Shown one piece after another: positions 36,701 through 46,041 of a stretch of DNA of 64,000 bases. The stretch lies in IMG/VR virus record IMGVR_UViG_3300025617_000007, positions 1 through 64,000 of that record; one strand, given 5' to 3'. Origin of the DNA: a virus. Under the pieces are notes generated by a model that worked only from the letters and a program-made list of their open reading frames with translations, was not told the DNA's origin and made no database searches. Positions within the stretch are counted from its first letter, which is position 1. Each line of letters begins with the position of its first letter. The position numbers were made by a program, and so were the translations under genes.

Positions 36701-38622
36701 AAATCATAAAACTCAGGATTTTCAGTTTTACAAGTCTCACCAGCATCCCATGGGATTAACTCAGTAAATGACGCTAGTGTTGAATTTTTAGTGTCTTGAG
36801 CAAATGTTTGTGAATCAGTATAGTCATTACCATCATCAGGATTTTCAGTGTTGGTACAAGGACATGCCTCACAATCAGGATATGACATCATAGGTAGTGG
36901 TAAATTACTAGCAGGGAAAGGACCTAATTCGTCTATTTTTTTATCATCGCAATCAGATTTATCTAATTTTTTAGATAAAAATGCAACCACTTGACATATC
37001 TTACCGTAAATAAAATTAACTATAGGTATTATTATCTTGTTTATAAGCCACCTAACAATTTCATAAATAAACGCCGCAATATGTGCAACAATTATCAATA
37101 TATAAATAATAGGACTTAATATGGTTAAAAGTAACTGTACTATAAAGTTTATAAAATCAAAATTCCTAATCGCTTCATTGATTGGGAATCTATTGTTTTC
37201 AGATTGACAAGCCTTATCGGTTATCTCTTTAATCCCTAAATGTGATGCTCTATTAAAACCCCATTTAAATCTATCTATATGTGATGCAACGGTATAAACT
37301 TTATTATAATTAAATTGATAAAAAGTATCTTCACATTTAATAGCCTCAGACTTATCAAAATAATCGTTCCAGTCTAAAGAGAATGAATACGATTTATTAA
37401 ATGAGTCTTCAGGTAAACTAGAGTACGCTCCACTGGTAGGTGAAGTATTCCAATGTTCTTTTACGTTCGGTATAAGATAGTTCGCTCTCATTATTGAATC
37501 GTCCAAACCACCTTCGTTCATCCATTTTATTTTAAACCTATACTTAGATTTAGTTGGAATACCTATCGTTGGGTCAGGAGAATTAACCCTTTCACCAAAT
37601 TCATTAGTAATAACATAATCTAAATTCATCGGCATTTCAGTCAACCAAGCACCATTATCATCAATGATATTACCACCATCTTCTAATTTATATTCTTCGA
37701 GAACGGGGTCACCATTAACGTCTTCTAAAATTGTTTGTCTAATAGCCAATACCTGTCCAGGACCTGCAGTTAAATCACATAAATTACCAACATCTTTTTT
37801 AGGTCTACAACTAGCCTTCAAATAATCGTCTTCGCTTGAGGACATGATAGAACCCATAAACACACAGTGTGGTGTAATCTCAATACCTTGTTCCCTTAAA
37901 TCAAAGTCAGCTCTAGTAATACCAACATCACAGGTCTCGCTAGCACCCCAAAAGGATGACACGTCAATGTCTTTAACTTCATGAACTATTTGAGGTAAAG
38001 AGTCAATATTTTCAGAATCCTTAAATAATTGACCATTAAATTGTGATGGTACTCCCATTCCCATTCTGATTAAGTCAGATGGTCTTAATGAAAATTCACC
38101 CATATTTGATAGGTCTAAATCCATTACTAATTTTTGAGCACCTAAAGGTACACCGACAATCATAAAATCACCCGAATCATTTGTCCTTACTGAATATTTG
38201 TAATATTTGTCGTAAACATGAAGTACTTCTTTTCTTGTCAATACATCCTCAATATCGGGAAAAGTACCCGTGGCATTATGACCATAATACTCATCTCTAT
38301 ACGGTAATAAGTTATAACGATACCCATCCTCATTTTTACCTTCAGGTGTTTTATACGGATATAATGTCGATATTACAGGGTCATTTTCATCAATTTGGTC
38401 AATAGGTACAAAGATAGAGATATGTGCATTTGGTACTCCAAAACCACCATTAGCGATTACACGACCAACAACCACACCGTAATCTGCACAGAATTGTGTA
38501 TATAAATCTTCTTGTCTTAACTTTAAAGATAATATTTCTAAAGAATCAAAGTCTTGGTCGATTCTTATGTTGATATCTTTATCGACACCGGGTTCAGTTC
38601 TTATTCTGATAGATTTTGGCAT
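33745..38622 (-). CDS. 1625-aa structural protein with an N-terminal carboxypeptidase-regulatory-like beta domain and an internal hydrophobic segment
   Basis: YGVVVGRVIANGGFGVPNAHISIF..RTNDSGDFMIVGVPLG; hydrophobic run FINFIVQLLLTILSPIIYILIIVAHIAAFIYEIVRWLINKIIIPIVNFIY; TATTTAT upstream (38637-38643). Confidence 0.6.
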   Translation of the reverse strand: MPKSIRIRTEPGVDKDINIRIDQDFDSLEILSLKLRQEDLYTQFCADYGVVVGRVIANGGFGVPNAHISIFVPIDQIDENDPVISTLYPYKTPEGKNEDGYRYNLLPYRDEYYGHNATGTFPDIEDVLTRKEVLHVYDKYYKYSVRTNDSGDFMIVGVPLGAQKLVMDLDLSNMGEFSLRPSDLIRMGMGVPSQFNGQLFKDSENIDSLPQIVHEVKDIDVSSFWGASETCDVGITRADFDLREQGIEITPHCVFMGSIMSSSEDDYLKASCRPKKDVGNLCDLTAGPGQVLAIRQTILEDVNGDPVLEEYKLEDGGNIIDDNGAWLTEMPMNLDYVITNEFGERVNSPDPTIGIPTKSKYRFKIKWMNEGGLDDSIMRANYLIPNVKEHWNTSPTSGAYSSLPEDSFNKSYSFSLDWNDYFDKSEAIKCEDTFYQFNYNKVYTVASHIDRFKWGFNRASHLGIKEITDKACQSENNRFPINEAIRNFDFINFIVQLLLTILSPIIYILIIVAHIAAFIYEIVRWLINKIIIPIVNFIYGKICQVVAFLSKKLDKSDCDDKKIDELGPFPASNLPLPMMSYPDCEACPCTNTENPDDGNDYTDSQTFAQDTKNSTLASFTELIPWDAGETCKTENPEFYDLSYGYALGGWKPKAINDSLNTRLSLKWYKTPLYFNTNGNTLNKNHFRATNTISLAQSLNLINQRSRYFDTNTPNIIRTQIVNSQLPSATYNTPSSGVNQFEDLPLIMVLESGNQYNPGQLLTFEDLNGINDPNVTGATLNQYGTQSITGTVSHNSTSYIPSTISYQPPNGGNPQSVNLQLYNEVILEQDYRFESGVEYFQVISATTMGNIIDTITGSTAPYTTKSILWKYLIGKITLFNCGHDLFTGINNLNTLKQYSNYRNLVMVIMNRGVDPHSPKQEIRYDLSKLFGQNYGTSTVSGEYYLNVPIQHNGGNSICSGSNIWREDVMTPSPHFCRSGGDWISNTNNSSNMSPLFHNSFLYKVDETKFTAFTTSAIKRYSSIDKSITNLLPKSNGVVTNNDNKFVIDASTIQDRIEGSTYQYVKKTYHSIIDNSVDVFTVSTTYGDLSPNPTTTLINVNSSTNQPIVFRSDRLPRSSGVDKGYAPNYTGIQNFVFHLSEDFKIFEISDDGAQSQPPGQTSIATDGSSAGQDMADGGINPQLSGVLDSFTCNGMVPLNCYDGEGTTFGINTSNPDCNDEDMTGGCYFLIKPKYIKTIPKDIKNFTEWKARFRYVFAACRGVFGQVFQNNWVNGNLYMPSFQKRTFFDGNNQVRRYKFCGDPGQSKFGMFFQNREFKGPIYFNTDSNSFYYRSTPYYNGQFTGLDLNTLYPGKNDRQLFFPTTIMDLGPKTDFLKEIMLSPEFESYVMSELKSTSYQDMSGILNLFIISRLVNRGFLEKLFNLGDDTVSASFSRQSGFGNRFTDARMDADYVQMVSINSELGVIPYIDNNYADDIFVGSVGGDALMGIWFTANTENRKIIGPGVTQFSPTLSNKFGYPNSQMVPSYRWNVNNTSNLFGNQENGWDTTGNGIIEVNYQNDTLGTGGDYPKSPSFEGTGYLYSDNDDVSIIPTNNPKYRVGSPFYFYFGLKRGKSAMNKFITKYLTIVG

Positions 38623-38694
38623 AATTAGTTTTTAAGATAAATAGTTATTCATCTTAATTTTAATTTGTTTTTGAAAAAAGTATATGGATGTGAT

Positions 38695-40533
38695 TTATGT
38701 GAAATCTACATTTTTAAGTGACTTAGCTCGAACCTTAATGTCTAACTCAGGAAAACGTATCTGATAAACCTGATTTGGTTGGGCAAAAATTGTATCATCA
38801 ATCAATTGAATTTCTTTGGTTTCTGAGTCAGAATATCTTTGTGAGGTTTGAGAACTTGAGTATCTACCTCCAACCTTATTAATTACTTTTAACTCTGATA
38901 AACTTATAACCCCCGGAATATCCTGAACAATTCTTCTAATATCAGAAATATTTACATTATTACCCAATTGTTGTGTTTGTGGTGAAAAATAACTATCAAC
39001 TGAATTGACAATATTTGTAATTACTTGACCTTGGTTTTCAGTAGAATCCATCACTACCGAAAATTCAAACTCTAAATCAATCACCTTAGCATTCGTAACT
39101 GAAATATAATCATTTATCATCCTATAATGTGATAAATAATTTGCAATATTTTGTTTTAAAGTATTTGACACTGACTCAGTTAACTTACCTTGAGTGTCGT
39201 AAGATAACATCTCAATTTTAATCTTATTGTCTTCTTCAGTTATAGATGCCTTTGCCGGTGCTCCAAATCTACTTGGCATAGTCCTAACTAAAGAATTGTA
39301 ATCGTTCACCGTTACAGCCCTCTTTTGAGCTGCAAAGTTAAATGATACCATATTTCTAACTTCCTCAACCGTAGGTAAATCACCTCCACCAATAGCAGCA
39401 GTAACATTAGTGGTTCTTAAACTCTCCCTCACATTTTGATTTATAGTGTTAGAAGGACCATTTATTTCAAAATTAGTAGTACCAAATTGAGTTATACTAT
39501 TAACCCCTACATTCGAGGCTTTACCCCCACCTATTCGATATTGTACGAATAACGTAGTATTAGGTTTAACTGTTAAACCTAAGGCAATATTGTTTTGATA
39601 GTCTTGTATTCTTAAAGGAACACCTGTTCTCGCAAACTGCTCTAACTGTTCCTCAGCTGAAGTAGTAGCACTACCAAAAGTTAATTTACAATAACCTTCA
39701 GGTGTATACTCAGATACAAATCTATTTTCTGTTTCAATATATTTACCAACTTTAATTCCTGGTTGGTCAGACGGCTTAGTCGGGTCTTCAATAAAAATTT
39801 TAGACTCAGCCAATGCATCTACCTCATACCATTTATTAGTTGAGTCGGTAAACTCTCCATATGTTGGAGGTGATTGATAATTCACACCGTCTTTCTGAAT
39901 AACAGATGTAATACTAATAACATTTTTTTCAGGTAAGAAAAATTCATAAAAAGGTCTTACATCTCCGTTATTAATCACCTTTTTAAATGTTTTAGTTAAC
40001 CCATTAACTACTACTTCTCTTTTAGTTATAGTATAATTAATAAGGTTATTGTTAGAGTCAAAATTAGGTATTTTAGTTCTATTAGGAAACCCTTCACTAT
40101 TGTATTGGGTACTGAAATCAATATCATTTGGATTTTCAAATGCTTGTCCACCACCTATAAATTGAGACCCCGCTCTCATCACTCCCAAATATCTTTCATC
40201 TTCTTGGTCCCCTAATGCAGGTACTGTAATTGACACATCAACCAATGCAATTGACGGTCTATTACCCGGTATTTTAAGACCGTAAGTTCTGGCTATATTA
40301 TATATTGAAGATTTTTGTTGAGCGTATTGTAGAACCGTTTCTTGAATACTACGGTCCATGTGGTAATGTAAATTATCACCAATCGCAGCATTTAAATCCA
40401 TGAACACCGAATAAATCGACGCATCATTAAAGTTACCTACTAAGTCAGGATAATACTGTTGAGTGTAATTTATTAATTCCTGTCTTAAAGATTGAAAATC
40501 TCTATCTGTGTATGATATTTTACGATTAGCCAT
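38695..40533 (-). CDS. Baseplate wedge subunit (T4 gp6 / baseplate J-like)
   Basis: ISYTDRDFQSLRQEL..YYPD..DFND, LQYAQQKSSIYNIARTYG, YRIGGG..N, GGGD..TVEEVR..FAAQKRAVTVNDY. Confidence 0.85.
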   Translation of the reverse strand: MANRKISYTDRDFQSLRQELINYTQQYYPDLVGNFNDASIYSVFMDLNAAIGDNLHYHMDRSIQETVLQYAQQKSSIYNIARTYGLKIPGNRPSIALVDVSITVPALGDQEDERYLGVMRAGSQFIGGGQAFENPNDIDFSTQYNSEGFPNRTKIPNFDSNNNLINYTITKREVVVNGLTKTFKKVINNGDVRPFYEFFLPEKNVISITSVIQKDGVNYQSPPTYGEFTDSTNKWYEVDALAESKIFIEDPTKPSDQPGIKVGKYIETENRFVSEYTPEGYCKLTFGSATTSAEEQLEQFARTGVPLRIQDYQNNIALGLTVKPNTTLFVQYRIGGGKASNVGVNSITQFGTTNFEINGPSNTINQNVRESLRTTNVTAAIGGGDLPTVEEVRNMVSFNFAAQKRAVTVNDYNSLVRTMPSRFGAPAKASITEEDNKIKIEMLSYDTQGKLTESVSNTLKQNIANYLSHYRMINDYISVTNAKVIDLEFEFSVVMDSTENQGQVITNIVNSVDSYFSPQTQQLGNNVNISDIRRIVQDIPGVISLSELKVINKVGGRYSSSQTSQRYSDSETKEIQLIDDTIFAQPNQVYQIRFPELDIKVRAKSLKNVDFT

Positions 40534-40539
40534 ATACTA

Positions 40540-41001
40540 TTAAATATTAATTATTACAAAATCTTTTGATTCAAATGTACCCGACTGTATCGTGTAATCG
40601 ATTCTAAGTTTTGCGGTGTATTCTTCAGTCCCTCTACCTGCAATTTTAAATACCTGACCACCTAATTCTTCATAATTTATTTCACCAGGTAAAGGTTCAG
40701 ATTCCAAATATGGTTCTATTGTTATGTCATTTATTTGTAAGTTAGGGATATATTTATCCACAGCTTGTCTAACATCGGCTTTAATCGAGTCGAACGTTGG
40801 ACCATCCATAGGTTCAAATATGAACTCATATATTCTTGTTCCAAAATCAGGTAAATAGTACCTACTACCCTTACGTGTAAGGATTAAATGTAATAAGTCT
40901 GCCCTAATTTCTTCATCAGTTGTTTGTGTCAATCTAAGGTAGTCTCCTCTCGGACTATCCCTAAATGGGAAAAATACACCGTATGTTTTACCGTCTGCCA
41001 T
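40540..41001 (-). CDS. Baseplate wedge protein (T4 gp25 / GPW-like)
   Basis: IRADLLHLILTRKGSRYYLPDFGTRIYEFIFEPMD..IKADVRQAVDKYIP. Confidence 0.9.
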   Translation of the reverse strand: MADGKTYGVFFPFRDSPRGDYLRLTQTTDEEIRADLLHLILTRKGSRYYLPDFGTRIYEFIFEPMDGPTFDSIKADVRQAVDKYIPNLQINDITIEPYLESEPLPGEINYEELGGQVFKIAGRGTEEYTAKLRIDYTIQSGTFESKDFVIINI

Positions 41002-41046
41002 ATTTCATAAATATAATGACACATAATTTTATCTAAACTATATAAT

Positions 41047-41075
41047 AAAAAAGGTCAGACAACGTCTGACCTTTT
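41047..41075 (-). terminator. Intrinsic terminator after nrdA
   Basis: aaaaggtcagac-aac-gtctgacctttt; on the minus strand the stem is followed by TTTTTT. Confidence 0.88.
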
Positions 41076-41128
41076 CCTTCCTTAACCTAATAAGATATTA
41101 CGAGTTTTCGTTTCTTATAATCTTGTTG

Positions 41129-42835
41129 TTACCCTTCACACGCAACACATTGTAAATCATTTAACCCTAATTTCTTTCTTGCGAAAGCCTGAGCCGAGTT
41201 CATTGAGTGTTGGTAATAAAGTGTTTTAACCCCTAATTGCCATGCATCTATAAGTAGTTTATTAACATCCTTTGTCGGCATATCAGGTGAAATCATTAAA
41301 TTCAATGATTGTGATTGGTCAATAAAGTCTTGCCTAATAGCCGCTTGATTAATGATAGTTGCTTGGTTTATTTCCGCAAATGTCCTAAAGATTTCTCTTT
41401 GTTCATCTGTTAAAAAGTCTAAATGTTGAACTGAACCATCATTTTGTTTAATACTGTTCCAAACCTCTTTGGTGTCTTGTCCTAACTCTTTAAGTAGTTT
41501 TTCTAAGATTGGGTTCTTAATAGTAACTTTCATCTTAGCAACATCTTTTACATAACAATTTGACCATATTGGTTCGATTGATTGTGAAACTTGTCCCAAA
41601 ATAAATGCTGATGAAGTTGTAGGTGCGATAGCGTTCAATGTTACATTTCTTCTACCATATCCCTTTAGGTATTCAGGTTCACCGAACATCTTAGCCAACT
41701 CTTCTGAAGCCTCGTAAGATTTAGTTTTGATTAGTTTGAATACTTCAACATTCATCTTTGCAGCTTCTCTACTATCAAATGGTAACCCTTTTGATTGTAG
41801 GAAAGTATGCCACCCTAAAACACCTAAACCTAACGCTCTTTGTCTCTTAGCGAAGTTATATGCTTTCTCTAAATAAAAGAATGCTCTCTGACCCTCAATC
41901 GTACCGTTATCTCTAAATTCCTCAATTTTATGTAGAAATTCAGTAACCACCGCATCTAAAAACATAGTCATAGTTTCCACAGCATCAGTATCTTTCCACT
42001 CATCATAATGAAGAACGTTCATCGATGATAAAACACATACAAACGATTCTTCTTCTGAATTATGAAGTGCAATTTCAGAACATAGGTTTGAGTTATAAAT
42101 TTTAGCCCCTTTATCACGATAAACCTCAGGTGATTTATTATTCATAGTATCATGGAACATAATATATGGGTACCCTATTTCACCTCTTCTCTGAATCACT
42201 TTAGCCCAAATTGCTCTTTTTTCATCATCACCCGCAATCATTTCTTCCATGAATTTATCAGTCACGGTTACCGCATGTGTTAAATCTTGAATAGATGCAC
42301 CTTCAGTACCAATTTCTAAAAACTCCATAATGTCAGGATGTTCAACAGGTAAGTACGGTGAAAATCGACCTCTACGTGTCGAACCTTGTGAAATATTATC
42401 CACCACACTTTGAAAAAGATTCATGAAATGGACCGCCCCTGGTGCGTGTCCGTTGTCAGTAACTTCAGCACCTCTTCCTCGAATATTACCAAAATATCCT
42501 GAGGTACCTCCACCCATCTTACTCATCTCACCAACCTCTGCTTGTGTTAATAAAATTGATTCAATGTTATCACCAATATTTGAACCAAAACAACTCACGG
42601 GTAATCCTCTTTTTTTACCAAAGTTAGCCCAAACAGGTGAAGACAAAGAATACCAACCTTTACCCATATAATCATAAAACTTGTCAGCAAATCCTTCTAT
42701 CCCTAAAAGTTTTTCCGCGTGTTCTGCAATTGTTCTAACTCTCTCTAAAGGTTCTTCACCTTCACTCAAATACCCTCTACGAAGAAATGTTAATGACTCT
42801 TCGTTAATCCAATCAAAAGGTTTTCTATCTTTCAT
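41129..42835 (-). CDS. nrdA: Ribonucleotide reductase class I alpha subunit, minimal form with no ATP cone
   Basis: PVSCF, GGGTS, catalytic NSNLCSE loop, FVCVLSS, RALGLGVLG, AIAPTTSSA, SQSLN, KTLYY, C-terminal CVACEG. Confidence 0.95.
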   Translation of the reverse strand: MKDRKPFDWINEESLTFLRRGYLSEGEEPLERVRTIAEHAEKLLGIEGFADKFYDYMGKGWYSLSSPVWANFGKKRGLPVSCFGSNIGDNIESILLTQAEVGEMSKMGGGTSGYFGNIRGRGAEVTDNGHAPGAVHFMNLFQSVVDNISQGSTRRGRFSPYLPVEHPDIMEFLEIGTEGASIQDLTHAVTVTDKFMEEMIAGDDEKRAIWAKVIQRRGEIGYPYIMFHDTMNNKSPEVYRDKGAKIYNSNLCSEIALHNSEEESFVCVLSSMNVLHYDEWKDTDAVETMTMFLDAVVTEFLHKIEEFRDNGTIEGQRAFFYLEKAYNFAKRQRALGLGVLGWHTFLQSKGLPFDSREAAKMNVEVFKLIKTKSYEASEELAKMFGEPEYLKGYGRRNVTLNAIAPTTSSAFILGQVSQSIEPIWSNCYVKDVAKMKVTIKNPILEKLLKELGQDTKEVWNSIKQNDGSVQHLDFLTDEQREIFRTFAEINQATIINQAAIRQDFIDQSQSLNLMISPDMPTKDVNKLLIDAWQLGVKTLYYQHSMNSAQAFARKKLGLNDLQCVACEG

Positions 42836-42861
42836 ATTATTTTTATATTTTTTGTTTTGTT

Positions 42862-44142
42862 TTAAAATAAATCGTTTGACGTAATCGATTTTTGTTTTTT
42901 ACTGTAATTAATACTTCTCTTATTAAAGAAATCGGTATGCTTTGTGGTTAAGATTTCATCGTCAAACCACTCAGTCGTCTCTAATAAGGATTCATCAGTA
43001 TCAAAAATACCTTCGATACCAATAGATTTTAAAGACCTATTAAATCTGTCCTTAATAAACTCCATAACTTGTTCTTTAGTTAAGAAATCTAAGTCACCTT
43101 TTTCAAAAATCCATTCAACAATCTCGGTTTCCGCTCCATAAGCTTCCATAGTCGAATCAATTAAATCCTCAACTAACTGGTCTGTCCACCAATCAGGATT
43201 TTCACTCTTAATTAAATTTACCAAATCAAACCCGAATTCCGCATGAATGTTTTCTTCTTTTGATGTTGCTTCAACAGCGTTACTGATACCTTTTAATACA
43301 TTCTTATGTTTGTTGAATGACATAATAACTAAAAATTGTGAAAACAACGACACATTTTCAACGAACATTGAAAATAATACCACTGACTCGAAATATTCTT
43401 TATCTTCAACAGATTTAGAATTCACGATAGATTTTTCTAAGTACTTAATTCTTCTTCTAATTGCCGGTACCTCCAATAAGTTTTCAAACTCACCATTCAA
43501 ACCTAAAAGTTGTATTAAGTGTGAGTAAGCGTCCGCATGTCTAACTTCAGATTCTGCGAATGTAGCACCCACATTACCAATTTCAGGTTTCGGCATTCTT
43601 TTATATATGTCCCCCCAAAATGATTTAACCGCAACTTCAATTTGTGATATTGCCAACATAGCCCTTTCAACCGCAGTTTTTTCCTTCTCATTCATATGTA
43701 CTTTATAATCCTGAATATCTGAAGTAAAATTAAATTCAGTATGTACCCAATATGAATGTCTAATAGCATCCACATAATCATTTAAATTAGGATACTCATA
43801 GGGTTTTAAATTCACTCTTTTAGAAAAAATGTTTGGTTGGTTTTTAGAGCGATAAATAATGTACTCTTTAGCGACATCATTTAAACCGTTATCCATTAAT
43901 TTATTTTCTACCATATCATGTATCTCATCTACATGTGGGACATGGTCTTTATTATTTCTAAAAATAGCCTTAGTAGATATTCTTGCAATCTTTTCTGACA
44001 TTATTTCATCGACCATTCCAATACTTTTCATCGCCTTTATCACTGCGATTTCAATTTTTTCTGTCTGAAACAACACCTTATCACCACTTCTTTTGATGAC
44101 ATAACGAAGGTCTTTGCTCACCTGATTAGTTAAACTTTCCAT
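42862..44142 (-). CDS. nrdB: Ribonucleotide reductase beta subunit with N-terminal ATP cone; class Id-like
   Basis: VIKRSGDKVLFQTEKIEIAV..VDEIHDMVENKLM..VAKEYIIYR (ATP cone); ligands QIEVAVK, ESEVRHADAY, FVENVSLF, KEENIH; C-term TDFFNKRSINY. Confidence 0.93.
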   Translation of the reverse strand: MESLTNQVSKDLRYVIKRSGDKVLFQTEKIEIAVIKAMKSIGMVDEIMSEKIARISTKAIFRNNKDHVPHVDEIHDMVENKLMDNGLNDVAKEYIIYRSKNQPNIFSKRVNLKPYEYPNLNDYVDAIRHSYWVHTEFNFTSDIQDYKVHMNEKEKTAVERAMLAISQIEVAVKSFWGDIYKRMPKPEIGNVGATFAESEVRHADAYSHLIQLLGLNGEFENLLEVPAIRRRIKYLEKSIVNSKSVEDKEYFESVVLFSMFVENVSLFSQFLVIMSFNKHKNVLKGISNAVEATSKEENIHAEFGFDLVNLIKSENPDWWTDQLVEDLIDSTMEAYGAETEIVEWIFEKGDLDFLTKEQVMEFIKDRFNRSLKSIGIEGIFDTDESLLETTEWFDDEILTTKHTDFFNKRSINYSKKQKSITSNDLF

Positions 44143-44162
44143 ATTATATTCTTTAAACTTTA

Positions 44163-45545
44163 TTAATTATTCGGAGTTTCCCTCTGTTTCCTTTTCTCCA
44201 ATAAATCTTTAATACGTTGTCGGTTGTTCTCTTCTTTTTGTTCTTCTAAACCTAAGAAAGTAACGCTAGATTCCGTATCAATTTCCATCATTTCGTTATC
44301 GAACTTACAATTTTCAAATACGACACCATCTTTACCAATTCTTGATTTAGTAATTGCAATTGTTGCTAAGTTCATTTCTTTCTGTTGTAGGGATTTAGCA
44401 ACAGAAATAATAACGTGACCGACCTGAGCTTTTTTGATGGACCCTCCCATTTGGTCGGTCGTAACCACCTCTGACGATATAGAGGAACGGTTACCTTGTG
44501 TTGCAGTCCATCCTACAATGTCTAACTCGTGACACATCGATTCAAATCCTCTCATGACTGAACCTTCACTTTTCCACTCGTCACCTAAATTTCGGTCAGG
44601 GACGATACAATCAATATAATCAACAACAACCATATCTATCTTAGTTCCTTCAGCTATCATTTTACGAACCTGATTCTTAATCTGACTCATAGTTAATTGG
44701 TCTGACGGTAACTTCTTTAAGATTAACTTGTTCTCCGCGTTATCTTTAATTTGTTTTACTTTACTCATAACCTCTTCTTTGTGTAAAGACAGATTATCAG
44801 GTGCAATTTTAGTCCACATAGTAAAGTGCTTTCTCTGAATAATCTTAGGGTTATCTTCGAAGAAAATCTGTAATACATTATAACCTAAGTTAAATGCATT
44901 ATTAGAGATTTTACTCAAAACAGTTGTTTTACCAACACCTGTTGGTGCCAATATAACACCAATTTCACCTTTAGCTAATCCACCTTTTAGTAAATTATCT
45001 ATACCTGAAATACCAATAGGTATTGGATGACGGAAATCATCATCTAATACCTCGTCTAAATTAAAAAACACGTCCGCAGTGCCCGAATCAACCTCACCTA
45101 CCTGTAACGCTTCACGTACCATTTCTTCTAAATGGTCATAAGACTCGAACTCACCTTTGTCGATAATCTTTTGAGCCTTATTCATTACCTTTTGTAGTTC
45201 TTGTTGTTTACAGAACTTTAAAGACTTCTCTTGAACATATTGATGTCCATCATTTGACGCCTCTTTTATCTGTCCGAGCATATCCAGGACCATTTTCTGA
45301 GCCATAGGGGATGATACTTCGGACTTAGTGATTTGTTCTAAGGTCGAGAACGAAGGAGCGTGTTCATACTTGACGTAATACTCCTTTGTCATCTGCATTA
45401 TTAACTTGAAATATTGATTGTCAAAGTATTTTGGTTCAAGTACATCTACAATAGAATTTGCGAAGTCCTTATATAGGACAATATTATTGAGTAGTTGTAA
45501 TTGAAATGTGTTACCGAGGTATCCAAAATTTTTTTCTTTTGACAT
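44163..45545 (-). CDS. dnaB: Replicative DNA helicase (DnaB / T4 gp41-like)
   Basis: Walker A APTGVGKTT, VVVDYID, WTATQGNR, KSRIGKDG. Confidence 0.92.
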   Translation of the reverse strand: MSKEKNFGYLGNTFQLQLLNNIVLYKDFANSIVDVLEPKYFDNQYFKLIMQMTKEYYVKYEHAPSFSTLEQITKSEVSSPMAQKMVLDMLGQIKEASNDGHQYVQEKSLKFCKQQELQKVMNKAQKIIDKGEFESYDHLEEMVREALQVGEVDSGTADVFFNLDEVLDDDFRHPIPIGISGIDNLLKGGLAKGEIGVILAPTGVGKTTVLSKISNNAFNLGYNVLQIFFEDNPKIIQRKHFTMWTKIAPDNLSLHKEEVMSKVKQIKDNAENKLILKKLPSDQLTMSQIKNQVRKMIAEGTKIDMVVVDYIDCIVPDRNLGDEWKSEGSVMRGFESMCHELDIVGWTATQGNRSSISSEVVTTDQMGGSIKKAQVGHVIISVAKSLQQKEMNLATIAITKSRIGKDGVVFENCKFDNEMMEIDTESSVTFLGLEEQKEENNRQRIKDLLEKRKQRETPNN

Positions 45546-45588
45546 AAATTATTAAGTTTTAATCTTCTTGTGTAGAATATAAATATGG

Positions 45589-46041
45589 TTAAACTAGTTG
45601 ATATTCGAGATAATCGTAAGTTAAATTTTCAGATGAGAAAATGTCAGTTAACTCCCGAAGTAATTTTTTTAGGTGTGGACGTACGTCAACCGTATATCTT
45701 GTCTTTGGAGGGTATACTTTAGCATCCCATACTCTATGACAAATTGTCTCATCTCCAATACGAATAATCATATTAAAAGTTTCAGGTCCATCAGTATTTG
45801 ACGTATTAAGAATCTCAGGATTGACCATAATTCTGTCATTGTTTTCACTCAAATAATCTAAAGATTTACTCTTTAAATCTTCATGAATATCTTCAGAAGC
45901 GGATTTAACTAAATCATAAAGTTCCATACTTGACCTAGCATCAGGATTGTATCCTCTAACATTAAAGTATCTCTGTACCACAATGTTGTCATTAAGCGTT
46001 AACAAAAATTCTAGTTTTGTTACATCATTTTTTTCTTTCAT
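45589..46041 (-). CDS. Hypothetical protein in the replication block
   Basis: 150 aa; ATGA overlap with the exonuclease stop codon. Confidence 0.6.
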   Translation of the reverse strand: MKEKNDVTKLEFLLTLNDNIVVQRYFNVRGYNPDARSSMELYDLVKSASEDIHEDLKSKSLDYLSENNDRIMVNPEILNTSNTDGPETFNMIIRIGDETICHRVWDAKVYPPKTRYTVDVRPHLKKLLRELTDIFSSENLTYDYLEYQLV

